From a bacterium (GTDB taxonomy: Bacteria; Cyanobacteriota; Vampirovibrionia; Gastranaerophilales; JBAXKC01), in assembly GCA_037137535.1 (NCBI GenBank), contig JBAXKC010000017.1, positions 1 to 55,795 on the forward strand: a stretch of 55,795 nt of DNA, written 5' to 3'. The stretch's first letter is position 1; each line of letters starts with the position of its first letter. Position numbers and translations under genes: made by a program. Of the stretch, positions 37,627 to 47,972 are shown one piece after another. The notes under the pieces are model-generated. The model was not told the DNA's origin. It saw nothing but the letters and a program-made list of their open reading frames with translations, and did no database searches.

Positions 37627-38607
37627 TTATTCGAATAAAGAACTTACTGATTCATCATCATGTATTCTTGTTATTGCTTCGCCTAAAAGATAAGCTATGT
37701 TTAATTGAGTGATTTTTGAGGAAGCGCCTTCTTTTAATGGCAAGGTGTTAGTGATAATTATTTCTTTAGCAGGTGAATCTTCAAGTCTTTGAAGAGCAGG
37801 GCCGCTAAATACTGCGTGTGTTGCGCAGATATAAACTTCTTTAGCACCTTCTTTTAGAAGAACTTTTGCGCCTTCTGTTATAGTTCCTGCTGTATCAATA
37901 ATATCATCAAAGATAATAGCTGTTTTACCTTCTACTGAACCGATTAGATGTTCAACTTTTGCTTCATTATGAGCTTTTCTTCTTTTGTCAATAATAGCAA
38001 TAGGGCAGTCTAATTTTTTAGCATAGTATCTCGTTCTTTCAACACCGCCTGCATCAGGGCTTACTGCAACTATATTGTCAAGATTTTTACTTTTAATGTA
38101 ATTGATAATTGCAGGAGCAGAGTAGATATGATCTACAGGAATATTAAAGAAACCTTGTAATTGTCCTGTATGAAGATCCATTGCTAAAACACGAGTTGCG
38201 CCTGAAGTTGTAAGAAGATCAGCAATTAATTTAGCAGAAATCGCTTCTCTTCCTGATGCTTTTCTGTCTTGTCTTGCATAAGCATAATAAGGAATAACAG
38301 CTGTAACTGACTTTGCACTTGCTCTTTTGAAAGCATCTATCATTAATAGAAGTTCCATAAGATTTTCATTTACAGGATCAGATATGGGTTGAACAATGAA
38401 AACATCATCGCCACGAATACTTTCTTGTATTTTCACATAGATTTCACCGTCGCTGAAGTTTTTAATTTGCATAGGACCAACAGATGTGCCCAAATATCTT
38501 GCAATAGATTGAGCAAGGTCAGTATGTGATCTACCTGAAAATATTTTTATATCGTGTGTAGGTTTTATTGTAAATTCTTGCTCAGGCATGCTCATTTGAA
38601 TAACCAA
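37627..38607 (-). CDS. prs: Ribose-phosphate pyrophosphokinase
   Basis: FSDGE, PYYAYARQDRK, VSPDAGG, DDIIDTAGT. Confidence 0.97.
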   Translation of the reverse strand: MVIQMSMPEQEFTIKPTHDIKIFSGRSHTDLAQSIARYLGTSVGPMQIKNFSDGEIYVKIQESIRGDDVFIVQPISDPVNENLMELLLMIDAFKRASAKSVTAVIPYYAYARQDRKASGREAISAKLIADLLTTSGATRVLAMDLHTGQLQGFFNIPVDHIYSAPAIINYIKSKNLDNIVAVSPDAGGVERTRYYAKKLDCPIAIIDKRRKAHNEAKVEHLIGSVEGKTAIIFDDIIDTAGTITEGAKVLLKEGAKEVYICATHAVFSGPALQRLEDSPAKEIIITNTLPLKEGASSKITQLNIAYLLGEAITRIHDDESVSSLFE

Positions 38608-38619
38608 TTTAAGGTCCTC

Positions 38620-40047
38620 CTATATTATTTCATTTTTTTGAACAGTACATATCTTTTTTTCTACCCAGCCTTCAACCGCTTTTTGCGGGCTTCTTCCAAT
38701 GGCTAAAGAGCCTTCGGAAACTTCTTTTGTTATAACTGATCCTGCTGCAACAGCTGATTTTTTGCCAAGTTTTACAGGAGCAATTAAAACTGAATTAGAG
38801 CCAATTTTAACTCCATCTTCAATTATTGTTTTACTTTTTATTTTAGTTATGGGGTCATAATTAGCTGTAATTGTTCCTGCCCCGATATTTACCTGCTGAC
38901 CAACTTCAGCATCACCGACATAAGCCAAATGAGCTGCATTAGTATTATTTGAAATATTTGAATTTTTAACTTCAACAAAATTGCCAATTCTTACATCATT
39001 TGCAACATTAACATTTTGTCTTAAATGTGCAAAAGGGCCTATTTGGGAATTTTCGCCAATAGAAGAATCTGAAATTTTTGATTGAATAATTTTAACATTT
39101 TTCTCAATTTTTACATTTCCGCAAAAATAAGAATTAGGTCCAATTTCACAATCTTCAGCTATATTATTTTCGCCATCAATGTAACAACCTGGATAAATTA
39201 CTGTATCTCTTCCAATTGTCGTTTCAGGTGAAATCCATGTTGAAGCAGGATCAATTAAAGTAACCCCTTCAGTCATAAGATAATTGTTGGTTTTATCTTT
39301 TAAAATGGTTGTTGCAGCCGCTAAATCAGCTTTTGAATTCACTCCGAACATCTCTTTATTATCTTCAAGAATATAACCTTGAACTTTAAAATTATTTTTA
39401 ACCGACCAGCTCACGATGTCTGTAAGGTAATATTCACCTTGTTCATTGTTTGTTGTCAGTTCAAAAAATGCAGGCGATACTTTTTCCCAATCGAAACAGT
39501 ATACTCCTGCATTAACTTCATTTATTAATTTTTGTTCTGATGTTGCATCTTTTTCTTCAATAATACCCGATACATCACCGTTTTCTGTCCTTATAATTCG
39601 TCCGTAGCCTTTAGGATTATCAAATTTTGCAGACATAACAGTAAGCACAGACTTACTTTCATTATGATAGGTTATAAATTTTTCAATTGTTTCTGCAGTT
39701 AATAAAGGTGTATCTCCGCATAATACAAGGATATTACCTTTAAAACCCTTCAATCGGTCATACGCTTTAAAAACAGCATCGCCTGTTCCTAATTGCGGTT
39801 GTTGAAGAATAGAAGTAATATTTGAATTTTGATAAGTGTTTTCAACAAAATCTGATACGGTTTCAGCCTGATGTCCAACTATGCAAAATATTTCATCTGC
39901 AGCATTAGCTTTTATTACAGAATTTATGACTCTTTCCAGTAAGGTTTTACTGAAAACTTTATGTAAAACCTTGGGTGTGGAGGATTTCATCCTTGTTCCT
40001 TTACCCGCGGCAAGAATAATAGTTTTAATATTATTAGTTTTACTCAT
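38620..40047 (-). CDS. glmU: Bifunctional UDP-GlcNAc pyrophosphorylase/acetyltransferase
   Basis: LAAGKGTRMKS, QLGTG, EYYLTD, hexapeptide repeats, NIGAGTITANYD. Confidence 0.97.
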   Translation of the reverse strand: MSKTNNIKTIILAAGKGTRMKSSTPKVLHKVFSKTLLERVINSVIKANAADEIFCIVGHQAETVSDFVENTYQNSNITSILQQPQLGTGDAVFKAYDRLKGFKGNILVLCGDTPLLTAETIEKFITYHNESKSVLTVMSAKFDNPKGYGRIIRTENGDVSGIIEEKDATSEQKLINEVNAGVYCFDWEKVSPAFFELTTNNEQGEYYLTDIVSWSVKNNFKVQGYILEDNKEMFGVNSKADLAAATTILKDKTNNYLMTEGVTLIDPASTWISPETTIGRDTVIYPGCYIDGENNIAEDCEIGPNSYFCGNVKIEKNVKIIQSKISDSSIGENSQIGPFAHLRQNVNVANDVRIGNFVEVKNSNISNNTNAAHLAYVGDAEVGQQVNIGAGTITANYDPITKIKSKTIIEDGVKIGSNSVLIAPVKLGKKSAVAAGSVITKEVSEGSLAIGRSPQKAVEGWVEKKICTVQKNEII

Positions 40048-40133
40048 GCACTATCTCACAATCTCTATACACTTATTATCAAACAAAAATTATAAAAATA
40101 ATTGTTTTTATTACACGAAACATTAAGTTTTTT

Positions 40134-41432
40134 TTACATTTTTACATCTTGAAGTAAACTTTGATAATCAAGATAAGATTTAGCTATATCTTTTCTATAA
40201 TAGATACCTTTGAATTTTAAATTTTCTAATTCTGAATAAACATTATCAAACGCTCTTCTTAATGTAGAACCTGTTGCAACAGCTGTTAAAACATTTTCGC
40301 CGTTTGTAACTTTTTCCTTAAATCTATTAAAAGTAATATCTTCTTCAAAAATAGTAATATCATCATTGTCAAAAAATTCTAAGCCGAGTATTTTCTGATC
40401 TTTTAACGGTTTTCCCGGAATTATACCCGAGCGAACTTGAACTGCAACAGAATAAGCCTCATTTGTTTTAACTATACAGTCAAAATCCTCTAAAGCACCT
40501 GTTGCTGTTGCATATAAGAGATTAAATAAATCATCGTCAATTAAAGGTAAAATTGTTTGGGCATCAATCATTCCAAAATCACCTTTAAATCCTAGCAAAT
40601 AAAGTTCGCCTCTTCCGTCAATTATTATTTGAGTTTGCAACACACCCGTAAAATTATGACCTTCTGCTGTAATAGCGTCTATTAATGGGAAAATTACTTT
40701 ATGAGCTAATTTTTCTTCGATTTTTGCATCTACAAAGTCAAGAGGAGCAAAAGCACCAATTCCACCTGTATAAGCTCCGCCTTCTCCGTCTAAATTTCTT
40801 TTATATACATGGCAGGAAGGTAAGGGTATAGCATTATAACCGTCTGTTAATACATTTAATATTATTTCTTTACCTTTGACATAATCTTCAATAATTACTG
40901 ATCTATGGCTTAATTCAAAGCATTTTTCAATTCTTTTTCTAGCTTCATCTTTATCAGCACAGAAAAATACCCCACCGCCTTCGGAAACGCCTTCATATTT
41001 TATATAAACGGGGAATTTCTTCTTTTGTAAGTGAGTTACAGCTAGAACACTATTATCAAATGATTCTGATTTCGTTGTCTGAATATTATTTTTATTTAAA
41101 AAAGCTCTGGTTAATATTCTACTTTTTTCAAATTTATATATGCTGGTATTTCCACCAATTACCATTTGTTGATTTTTGCTCAAAAACTCGACTAAGCCTT
41201 TAGCTCTGGCTGTTTTAGAACATACAACCGTTAAATTAACATCTTCTTCATAAATATAATCTAATATTGCCGAAAAATTATCCACCGCAATATTTGTAGA
41301 GACAGCAATTTCACCAATTTGGGTATTGCTGCCAATGCAAAAAATCTTTTTTACCATTGGACTTTGAGAAAGCTTATATATAAGTGCGCTTTCTTTTGCT
41401 CCTGAGCCTATTATAAGAATATTCATCGGCAT
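40134..41432 (-). CDS. Divergent phosphoribosylamine-glycine ligase (PurD)-like ATP-grasp protein
   Basis: PurD architecture from MNILIIGSG to YYRKDIA with many signature substitutions; start re-set to 41432 (AAGGA RBS). Confidence 0.75.
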   Translation of the reverse strand: MPMNILIIGSGAKESALIYKLSQSPMVKKIFCIGSNTQIGEIAVSTNIAVDNFSAILDYIYEEDVNLTVVCSKTARAKGLVEFLSKNQQMVIGGNTSIYKFEKSRILTRAFLNKNNIQTTKSESFDNSVLAVTHLQKKKFPVYIKYEGVSEGGGVFFCADKDEARKRIEKCFELSHRSVIIEDYVKGKEIILNVLTDGYNAIPLPSCHVYKRNLDGEGGAYTGGIGAFAPLDFVDAKIEEKLAHKVIFPLIDAITAEGHNFTGVLQTQIIIDGRGELYLLGFKGDFGMIDAQTILPLIDDDLFNLLYATATGALEDFDCIVKTNEAYSVAVQVRSGIIPGKPLKDQKILGLEFFDNDDITIFEEDITFNRFKEKVTNGENVLTAVATGSTLRRAFDNVYSELENLKFKGIYYRKDIAKSYLDYQSLLQDVKM

Positions 41433-41558
41433 TATTAATTTATTCCTTATGATATAAAATGATTTTACAATCAAAAAAGTATTGTTTCCATCATGAAAGT
41501 AAAAACCCTCTATAAAGAGGGTACAAATAAGTGAATTAGAATGCAATAGGTATAAAGA

Positions 41559-42575
41559 TTATTTAAGCCCAAGTATTTTTAATCCATTATCAGTTGAAAC
41601 ATTTACTAATTCATCAATATTGTAAAATCTACAGCTCTCTAACAGAAAACGCAGCTCTGTCCACATGTCACCATCTGTAAAAGGCTTAATAATATCAGCA
41701 ATATTATCTGAGCCAATACCTACATTTATTCCTGTTTCAATCATTTCTTCTATTGGTGCTATTGAATTGTGTATTGGTGCTAATTCTTCGCTTCTTTTTC
41801 CGTCAATCCATGCAGTAGGACAAGTTATAATATTTATTTGAGCTTTTTTGAGCTTTTCATAAAGATAATTTCTATACTCCTGCTTGTGTGCTGCTACTGA
41901 GATGCAATGAATCGCTGTAACTTTACCCTCAAGGCCCCATTGTATGGTTTTATCAGCTAATAGTTCCGTTTCTTTTTCCTGTTGCGTGTTAAATTGGTCA
42001 ACATGTATATGAAGAGGTTTATTATACCTTCTCGCAGTATGCATAATAATATCAAGATGTTCTTCTTCTTTTCCCGCATCTTTCGCAGGTAATCCGCCAA
42101 TAATATCAGCAAATTCAGCTCCAATTTCAAACCATCTTCTTGCTTCAGGATCAATAACACCTTTTAAAGTCTGATTTATATATTTAATTTGAATATCTTT
42201 TGAGTAACGTTCTCTTACAATCTGTGCAGCTCTTATACATTTATCCTGTACGACTTCATCAACATCAATGAAGGATCCTATTGCCTGAACTCCTTGTTCC
42301 AGCATTTGATCAAGTGCATAACTCATGCGGTCATAAATATCATATACTGAAGAATTTCTTTTAATTGAGTCAACGAGAAACCATTTATCACGCAAATCTG
42401 CATTAGCAAGGTGAAGTGAATCGGGAGTAATGGTATATGCTCTGTCAAGGTGTGAATGTGTATTTACAAATCCGCCTCTTCTCTTGATTTTTTCAATTAT
42501 TTCGTCTTTAAGAAGACTGTTACGGCGATTTCTGTAACCATCGGTATAAACATTGTTAAAATCTTGAATAGCCAT
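41559..42575 (-). CDS. Cytosine deaminase (CodA)-like amidohydrolase
   Basis: FVNTHSHLD, IIGGLP, HIHVDQ, VTAIH, GSDN. Confidence 0.8.
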   Translation of the reverse strand: MAIQDFNNVYTDGYRNRRNSLLKDEIIEKIKRRGGFVNTHSHLDRAYTITPDSLHLANADLRDKWFLVDSIKRNSSVYDIYDRMSYALDQMLEQGVQAIGSFIDVDEVVQDKCIRAAQIVRERYSKDIQIKYINQTLKGVIDPEARRWFEIGAEFADIIGGLPAKDAGKEEEHLDIIMHTARRYNKPLHIHVDQFNTQQEKETELLADKTIQWGLEGKVTAIHCISVAAHKQEYRNYLYEKLKKAQINIITCPTAWIDGKRSEELAPIHNSIAPIEEMIETGINVGIGSDNIADIIKPFTDGDMWTELRFLLESCRFYNIDELVNVSTDNGLKILGLK

Positions 42576-42752
42576 TTATATCTCCTTTTCTACAAAAAAA
42601 ATCCGGCTGCAACAGCCGGAAATATAAAATACAAAAAATAAAAGAGAGGAAATAATTAACCTCTCTTTATCAAAAAATATATTATCAAATAAAAAATCAA
42701 ATCGAGTATTACGCTTCATTGAAAAATTTAATTTTTCAAGCAAATGCTTCAT
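42576..42752 (-). CDS. Putative 58-aa leader peptide (attenuator uORF)
   Basis: AGGAG RBS 10 nt upstream of ATG; open through two terminators; TAA abuts the deaminase ATG. Confidence 0.55.
   Translation of the reverse strand: MKHLLEKLNFSMKRNTRFDFLFDNIFFDKERLIISSLLFFVFYISGCCSRIFFVEKEI
42594..42620 (-). terminator. Leader terminator 2
   Basis: TCCGGCTG-TTG-CAGCCGGA followed by T8. Confidence 0.85.
42632..42668 (-). terminator. Leader terminator 1
   Basis: AAAGAGAGG-10nt-CCTCTCTTT followed by TATTTTTT. Confidence 0.7.
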
Positions 42753-42792
42753 TTCGACTTGACTCCTAAAATTGATTTTATGTATTTAAAGT

Positions 42793-42821
42793 AGGGTATC
42801 AAAATTTTATCTAATTGTCAA
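42793..42821 (-). promoter_or_regulatory. Sigma-70 promoter for the leader/deaminase
   Basis: TTGACA-17-TACCCT with extended -10 TG. Confidence 0.65.
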
Positions 42822-42835
42822 TTAAACAAAAAGAT

Positions 42836-44908
42836 TTATACTTTAAAAATAGAAACAAGGGCTTTTAATTTGTCTGAGGTTTCAGCTAAACAGTTCGAAC
42901 TAGCATTAATCTCTTCAAGACTTGCTGTTTGTTCTTCAGAAGATGCTGCCATTTCTTGTGAATTTGCCGCTGATTGCTCAACAATAGTAAAAATATTTTC
43001 AATAATGTTAAGCACGCAATCTGAATTAAGTGCTGTTTCTGAAAGTAATTGAGAAACTTCTTCTGAATCATGGCTGACTTTGCCCGTATCAGAGTGAATT
43101 TCTTTTAGTTTCAATCCAACATTTTCAATTATAACAACGCCTTCTTCAACCATTCTCGTACTGTTACTCATTGCATTCGACACATTTTGCGACTCATTTT
43201 GTATTTGTTTAATCATACTGCTAATCTTTTCAGTTGCTGCAGCAGATTGTTCTGCTAGTTTTTTAACTTCATCAGCTACAACTGCAAAACCTTTACCTTG
43301 CTCTCCTGCTCTTGCAGCTTCTATTGCAGCGTTTAAAGCTAATAAGTTAGTTTGATTTGCTATATTTTTAATTAAATCAACAATCACATCAACCTCAGAG
43401 GCAATATTATTAAGTTTAAATGTCGCCTGTGAAGTTTCTTCAGTTGTATTCTTAATTAATTTTATTGTATTTATAGCATTTTCTGCTAATTTATAACCAT
43501 TTTCTGCGTTTTCTTCAGAAAGTTTCGCTAATTTAACAACATTTTTTGTATTATCAGAAATACTATGAATAGATGTAGTCATTTTATTTGTACTTTTAAG
43601 ACAATTATTCACACCTTCTGTTTGTTCTTGTGCACCTGTTGCTATAGAGGAAGCACTATTAGCAATTTGTTGAGCAACTATAGCTGTTTGCTCACTTGCA
43701 GCATTAATATCATTTGCACTTGAAGAAACCTTAATAGAAGCATCAGAAATTTCTGTAATTAATTTTCTTAAATTATTAACAAATTGTTGGAATGTATTTG
43801 AAAGATTCTGCATTTCAGTACTGCTGTTATCTTCTTGTATTTCAACTGTTAAATCATTATGTGAAAGTTTGATACTGACTTTTGCAAGATTTTCAATCGG
43901 TTTTGATATTTTTTCTCCAATTTTAAAAGAGAGTATGCTTGTAGCAATAATTGATATAATTGCCAAAAATGTAAGCATGAATATTACATTATTCATTGTA
44001 GACAGGACTTCGGATAATGGAACGTCAATCAGTAAAATAAAACCATTTGGTAAGGTTGAATATGTTATTATTTTATGGATACCGTTAAAATCGTATTCAG
44101 CAAATCCGGAGCCTTGTTTTTTAATTACAGATTCTAAAAATTTAAAACGATTCTCCTTAGCCGTTAATAAATTATCACCGATTTTTAAAGTGTTTCCTGC
44201 AATGAAATTATAATTACTATCAATAATAAAAGCTTCAGTATTTTTATAAATATTGATTTTTTTAACTAAAGAGTTTAAGTTTTCAAGTGAAATATCCATT
44301 CCCGCAACTCCCAGTAATACGCCATTTTTATAGACGGGGGATGAATAAGTAATCATTGGTAATTTTAAATCTGAATCCACATAGGGGGCAGCCCATAAAC
44401 CTTTTTGTTTAGAAATTGGGGCAAAATACCAGACTCCATTCTCAGCATTTATAACATGATTCATTATATTTCTTTGAAATTTACCATTTTTTTGAATGAA
44501 CCAAGAACCATCAAAAGCCGGTATATAGGTTTGATCGTAGTAAAAATAAGAGCTCATGCAACCTTTTGTATTTTCGCCTAATTCTTTTGCGTAAATTCTT
44601 ATTTTCGAATATTCATTTTCTGCAAAAGAACGAGATTTTAGGTTGTAACTTTCTCTTTGAGTATTTATTGAACTGGTGCTTTTGACAAAAACACCCATTA
44701 AATTAACACTTTTTTCAACTTGTTTTAAATCATTGTAAACTTCGTCAGATTTATTTTTTGAGCTTATAAGCAACATGTCCTTAGCAATTGAGGAAATAAC
44801 CGAACTGCTTTTGTAAACACTTATACCGCCAATAACAACGGCTGTTATTAATGACATAGCTACCATATTAACAACTATTTTTGACTTTAAAGATTTTAAT
44901 TTTATCAA
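42836..44908 (-). CDS. Methyl-accepting chemotaxis protein with dCache sensor
   Basis: Two TMs, WYF...W..PYVD Cache motif, [37 protein letters not shown]. Confidence 0.95.
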   Translation of the reverse strand: MIKLKSLKSKIVVNMVAMSLITAVVIGGISVYKSSSVISSIAKDMLLISSKNKSDEVYNDLKQVEKSVNLMGVFVKSTSSINTQRESYNLKSRSFAENEYSKIRIYAKELGENTKGCMSSYFYYDQTYIPAFDGSWFIQKNGKFQRNIMNHVINAENGVWYFAPISKQKGLWAAPYVDSDLKLPMITYSSPVYKNGVLLGVAGMDISLENLNSLVKKINIYKNTEAFIIDSNYNFIAGNTLKIGDNLLTAKENRFKFLESVIKKQGSGFAEYDFNGIHKIITYSTLPNGFILLIDVPLSEVLSTMNNVIFMLTFLAIISIIATSILSFKIGEKISKPIENLAKVSIKLSHNDLTVEIQEDNSSTEMQNLSNTFQQFVNNLRKLITEISDASIKVSSSANDINAASEQTAIVAQQIANSASSIATGAQEQTEGVNNCLKSTNKMTTSIHSISDNTKNVVKLAKLSEENAENGYKLAENAINTIKLIKNTTEETSQATFKLNNIASEVDVIVDLIKNIANQTNLLALNAAIEAARAGEQGKGFAVVADEVKKLAEQSAAATEKISSMIKQIQNESQNVSNAMSNSTRMVEEGVVIIENVGLKLKEIHSDTGKVSHDSEEVSQLLSETALNSDCVLNIIENIFTIVEQSAANSQEMAASSEEQTASLEEINASSNCLAETSDKLKALVSIFKV

Positions 44909-45114
44909 AATACACCCATTATTTTATTTAACAGCCAAATTCGATTTTATCTCTGTATTATCAACTTTATCATGTGATCTATAAAATAGAAAATCCATTT
45001 CTTGTAGGAATATCTATAATTGTTAATTAATTTTGTATTAAATATTTGAAAATTATGACTATTCAAATATAATAGTTATAATCAATGGATCTCTAGCCGA
45101 AAAAGGAAACTAAA

Positions 45115-45375
45115 TTGCTTAAAAGATTTGATATATTTAAAACATTTGATATATTTGAGCAGGTATCTTTAAGCGTAATAAGAGAAACCATTATTAAACT
45201 GGTTTTTGTAGAAACAGAAAACTTTTTTGCAAATAAACCTGATTTAACCCTAGATCTAACAAAAGATAACAATGCTCAAATAACAGTTATTAACAACAAA
45301 CGAGTTTATAACCTTTTAAGCTCGGCTATGATGAGAAAAGAAAAATTAAAAGAACATGAAAATATTAACTGCTGA
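45115..45375 (+). CDS. Hypothetical protein
   Basis: AAGGA RBS before TTG; overlaps the engB start. Confidence 0.4.
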   Translation: MLKRFDIFKTFDIFEQVSLSVIRETIIKLVFVETENFFANKPDLTLDLTKDNNAQITVINNKRVYNLLSSAMMRKEKLKEHENINC

Positions 45376-45940
45376 ATTTGTAACAAGTGCTGATTGCCTT
45401 AAAACTTGTCCTGATTTTAAACTTCCTGAAGTTGCAATGATTGGACGGTCAAACGTAGGTAAATCTTCTTTTATTAACACACTTGTAAATAGAAAAAATC
45501 TTGCACGCACAAGTAATACCCCTGGAAAAACCAGATTAATAAACTTTTATAACCTTAATAATCAATTTATGATTACTGATTTACCCGGTTATGGATATGC
45601 AAAGATTTCTAAAGCCGAGCAAAATAAGTGGAAAAAAAGTCTTGAGGAATATCTAATAGAGAGAGAACCGTTAAAATTTGTCTTTCAATTAATAGATGCT
45701 CGCCATGAAATTCAAGCAAATGATCTTCAAATGAGAGAATGGCTTGAATATTATAATATGCCTGTGATTACGGTTGCTACTAAATGCGATTATTTAAGCA
45801 GAAATCAAGCGGCTAAGTCTGCTGCAAGTATAGGTAAAATCCTTCATACACCTGTAATTATGTTTTCTGCCAAAGACAAAACCGGCAAAGAGGAAGCTTT
45901 AAATACAATTGAAGAATTATTATTTAAACATTCTGATTAA
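45356..45940 (+). CDS. engB: Ribosome biogenesis GTPase YihA/YsxC
   Basis: GRSNVGKSS, TPGKT, DLPGYG, TKCD. Confidence 0.96.
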   Translation: MKILTAEFVTSADCLKTCPDFKLPEVAMIGRSNVGKSSFINTLVNRKNLARTSNTPGKTRLINFYNLNNQFMITDLPGYGYAKISKAEQNKWKKSLEEYLIEREPLKFVFQLIDARHEIQANDLQMREWLEYYNMPVITVATKCDYLSRNQAAKSAASIGKILHTPVIMFSAKDKTGKEEALNTIEELLFKHSD

Positions 45941-45955
45941 ATAGCTAAAAAAAAC

Positions 45956-46837
45956 TCATGAAATAAAGTTAATTGTATAACCGATTAACATGCATGCGCT
46001 TATGAAAATAGAAATAAAAATTATTAGTAATTTTAGTTTTATTACTCGTCCAATTATAAGCATGTCTGATATTGAAACAGAAGAAGATGACATTGCAAAT
46101 GCTATGATTGTGCCAAGTGGTATGCCTTGTGCTACAAGAAGTTTAGCAATAGGAAAAACAGCTGCTACATTAAGATAAATGGGTATTCCCAATAAAATGG
46201 CTATAGGGACAGCAAAAGGGTTATTTTTGCAAATTAACCCTGAAATGTAATCTTCATGCAGATAATATTTGAAAATAGTTGCAAGCGTAATACCTATTAC
46301 AATATAGCACCATAACTTGGATATAATCTTCAATGCAGATTTGTAGGCATAATTTATTTTTGATTTTAAATTATAAAACTCAGGTTTTTTATTTGAATTA
46401 TAAGGTATATTAAATTCTGATATTAACGTTTTTGATGATAAATTGAATTTATTTAGATCTATGAAAAAACCCGATACGAAAGAAATCACTGAACCAAATG
46501 CAATATAGGCAAGAGTTGCTTTAAATCCCCAGACTCCTAATAAAATTAGTGAAACTGCTTCATTTGTCAAAGGTGCACAGATTAGAAATGTAAAAATAAT
46601 CCCTGTCGGAATCTCTGCCTTTTTAAATTCAATAATTATTGGAACAACAGAATAAGCACTAAAGGGTGTTACAATCCCTAATGTAGTAGCTAATAGGCCT
46701 CCTGCTATTCTACCTTTGCCTTTTAGTGCCAACTTGGTTTTTTCTATAGTTAAAAGTGTTTTTAACAGTTCAACTGAAAAAATAAATATAAATATTAACA
46801 ACATTATTTTTATTGAACTGAATACAATATTATACAT
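45956..46837 (-). CDS. ArsP/DUF318-like permease
   Basis: Multi-TM; TPF...P and GIPIY...GIPLGTIIAF pattern. Confidence 0.75.
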   Translation of the reverse strand: MYNIVFSSIKIMLLIFIFIFSVELLKTLLTIEKTKLALKGKGRIAGGLLATTLGIVTPFSAYSVVPIIIEFKKAEIPTGIIFTFLICAPLTNEAVSLILLGVWGFKATLAYIAFGSVISFVSGFFIDLNKFNLSSKTLISEFNIPYNSNKKPEFYNLKSKINYAYKSALKIISKLWCYIVIGITLATIFKYYLHEDYISGLICKNNPFAVPIAILLGIPIYLNVAAVFPIAKLLVAQGIPLGTIIAFAMSSSSVSISDMLIIGRVIKLKLLIIFISIFISACMLIGYTINFIS

Positions 46838-46981
46838 TTAACCACTTATCTTAAATTTTATATATAACGAAGAATTTATATTCTTAATTATTAGTTTAAA
46901 TTTATTATCCACCTGTTGAGTATAATTTAATGTCGTTTTTAAGAAAATGTAATATAGTCTTTATTTAATCTAATTTTTTAG

Positions 46982-47001
46982 TATAATTAGATTGATTCTA
47001 A
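46982..47001 (+). promoter_or_regulatory. -10 box with overlapping PerR/Fur-like operator
   Basis: TATAAT (46982-46987), then TTAGATTGATTCTAA (46987-47001), one mismatch to TTANAATNATTNTAA. Confidence 0.5.
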
Positions 47002-47048
47002 ATTGACTTTACAAGAAGAATTATATTTGTCCTATAAGGAGTAAAAAA

Positions 47049-47432
47049 ATGACAAACGAAAGATATGACATATATAAATGTGATACTTGCGGAATGATTG
47101 TTGAAGTCTTAAATAGTGGTGAAGGTGGGCTTCAGGCTTGTGGACACCCTATGAGTAAACAAACTGAAAATACTGTTGATGCTGCAAGAGAAAAACACGT
47201 ACCTGTAATAGAAAAAGTTCAGGGTGGAATGACTGTTAAAGTTGGAAGCGTTGCTCATCCTATGGAAGAAAAACATTATATTACATGGATTGAAGTAATT
47301 GCTGATGGAAAAGCTTACAGGCAATTTTTAAAGCCCGGTGATGCTCCTGAAGCATATTTTCCAATTACATCAGAAAATATAATCGTAAGAGAATACTGTA
47401 ATTTACATGGTCTTTGGAGGGCTGAATCATAA
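47049..47432 (+). CDS. dfx: Desulfoferrodoxin/superoxide reductase
   Basis: [29 protein letters not shown]. Confidence 0.93.
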   Translation: MTNERYDIYKCDTCGMIVEVLNSGEGGLQACGHPMSKQTENTVDAAREKHVPVIEKVQGGMTVKVGSVAHPMEEKHYITWIEVIADGKAYRQFLKPGDAPEAYFPITSENIIVREYCNLHGLWRAES

Positions 47433-47947
47433 TGGTAACTAAAAATATGGAAATGGCTATAAATCAACAATTAAATGATGAGTTTTTCTCATCCTATCTT
47501 TATTTGTCGATGGCGGCATATTTTGAGTCTGTAGGTCTTATGGGCTTTGCAAACTGGATGCATATTCAAGCAAAAGAAGAAAATATGCATGCAATGAAAT
47601 TTTATAAATATATCAGCGAAAGAGGCGGAAGAATTAAACTTCATCAAATCGAAGCACCTAAAACCGATTGGGAAAGTCCTGCCGATGTTTTCAACGAAGT
47701 TATTGAACATGAAAAGAAAATAACAAAAAGTATCAATGAACTTATTAACTTAGCATTAGACGAAAAAGACCATGCTACAAATATCTTCTTGCAATGGTTT
47801 ATTACTGAACAAATTGAAGAAGAAGCAAATGTTAATGATGTTATTAATCAGTTGAAATTAATGGCAAATGCTCCTGGCGGATTATTTATAATTGATAGAG
47901 AGCTTGCTCAACGGGTATTTGTGCCACCTGTTGATGCAAAAGCATAA
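47432..47947 (+). CDS. ftnA: Non-heme ferritin
   Basis: E..SSYLYLSM, EENMHAMK, FLQWFITEQIEEE. Confidence 0.93.
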   Translation: MVTKNMEMAINQQLNDEFFSSYLYLSMAAYFESVGLMGFANWMHIQAKEENMHAMKFYKYISERGGRIKLHQIEAPKTDWESPADVFNEVIEHEKKITKSINELINLALDEKDHATNIFLQWFITEQIEEEANVNDVINQLKLMANAPGGLFIIDRELAQRVFVPPVDAKA

Positions 47948-47972
47948 ACTACAATCATTTAATCAAATAAAT

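Noticed and set aside
42576-42790. PyrR-binding loop or a known riboswitch in the deaminase leader
   Set aside because: No ARUCCNGNGAGGYU PyrR motif or purine-riboswitch core recognised by eye; an Rfam scan is still needed
45077-45103. Sigma-28-like promoter (TATA-15-GCCGAAAA)
   Set aside because: Mismatches in both boxes, too close to the putative start codon, and the downstream genes are not motility related
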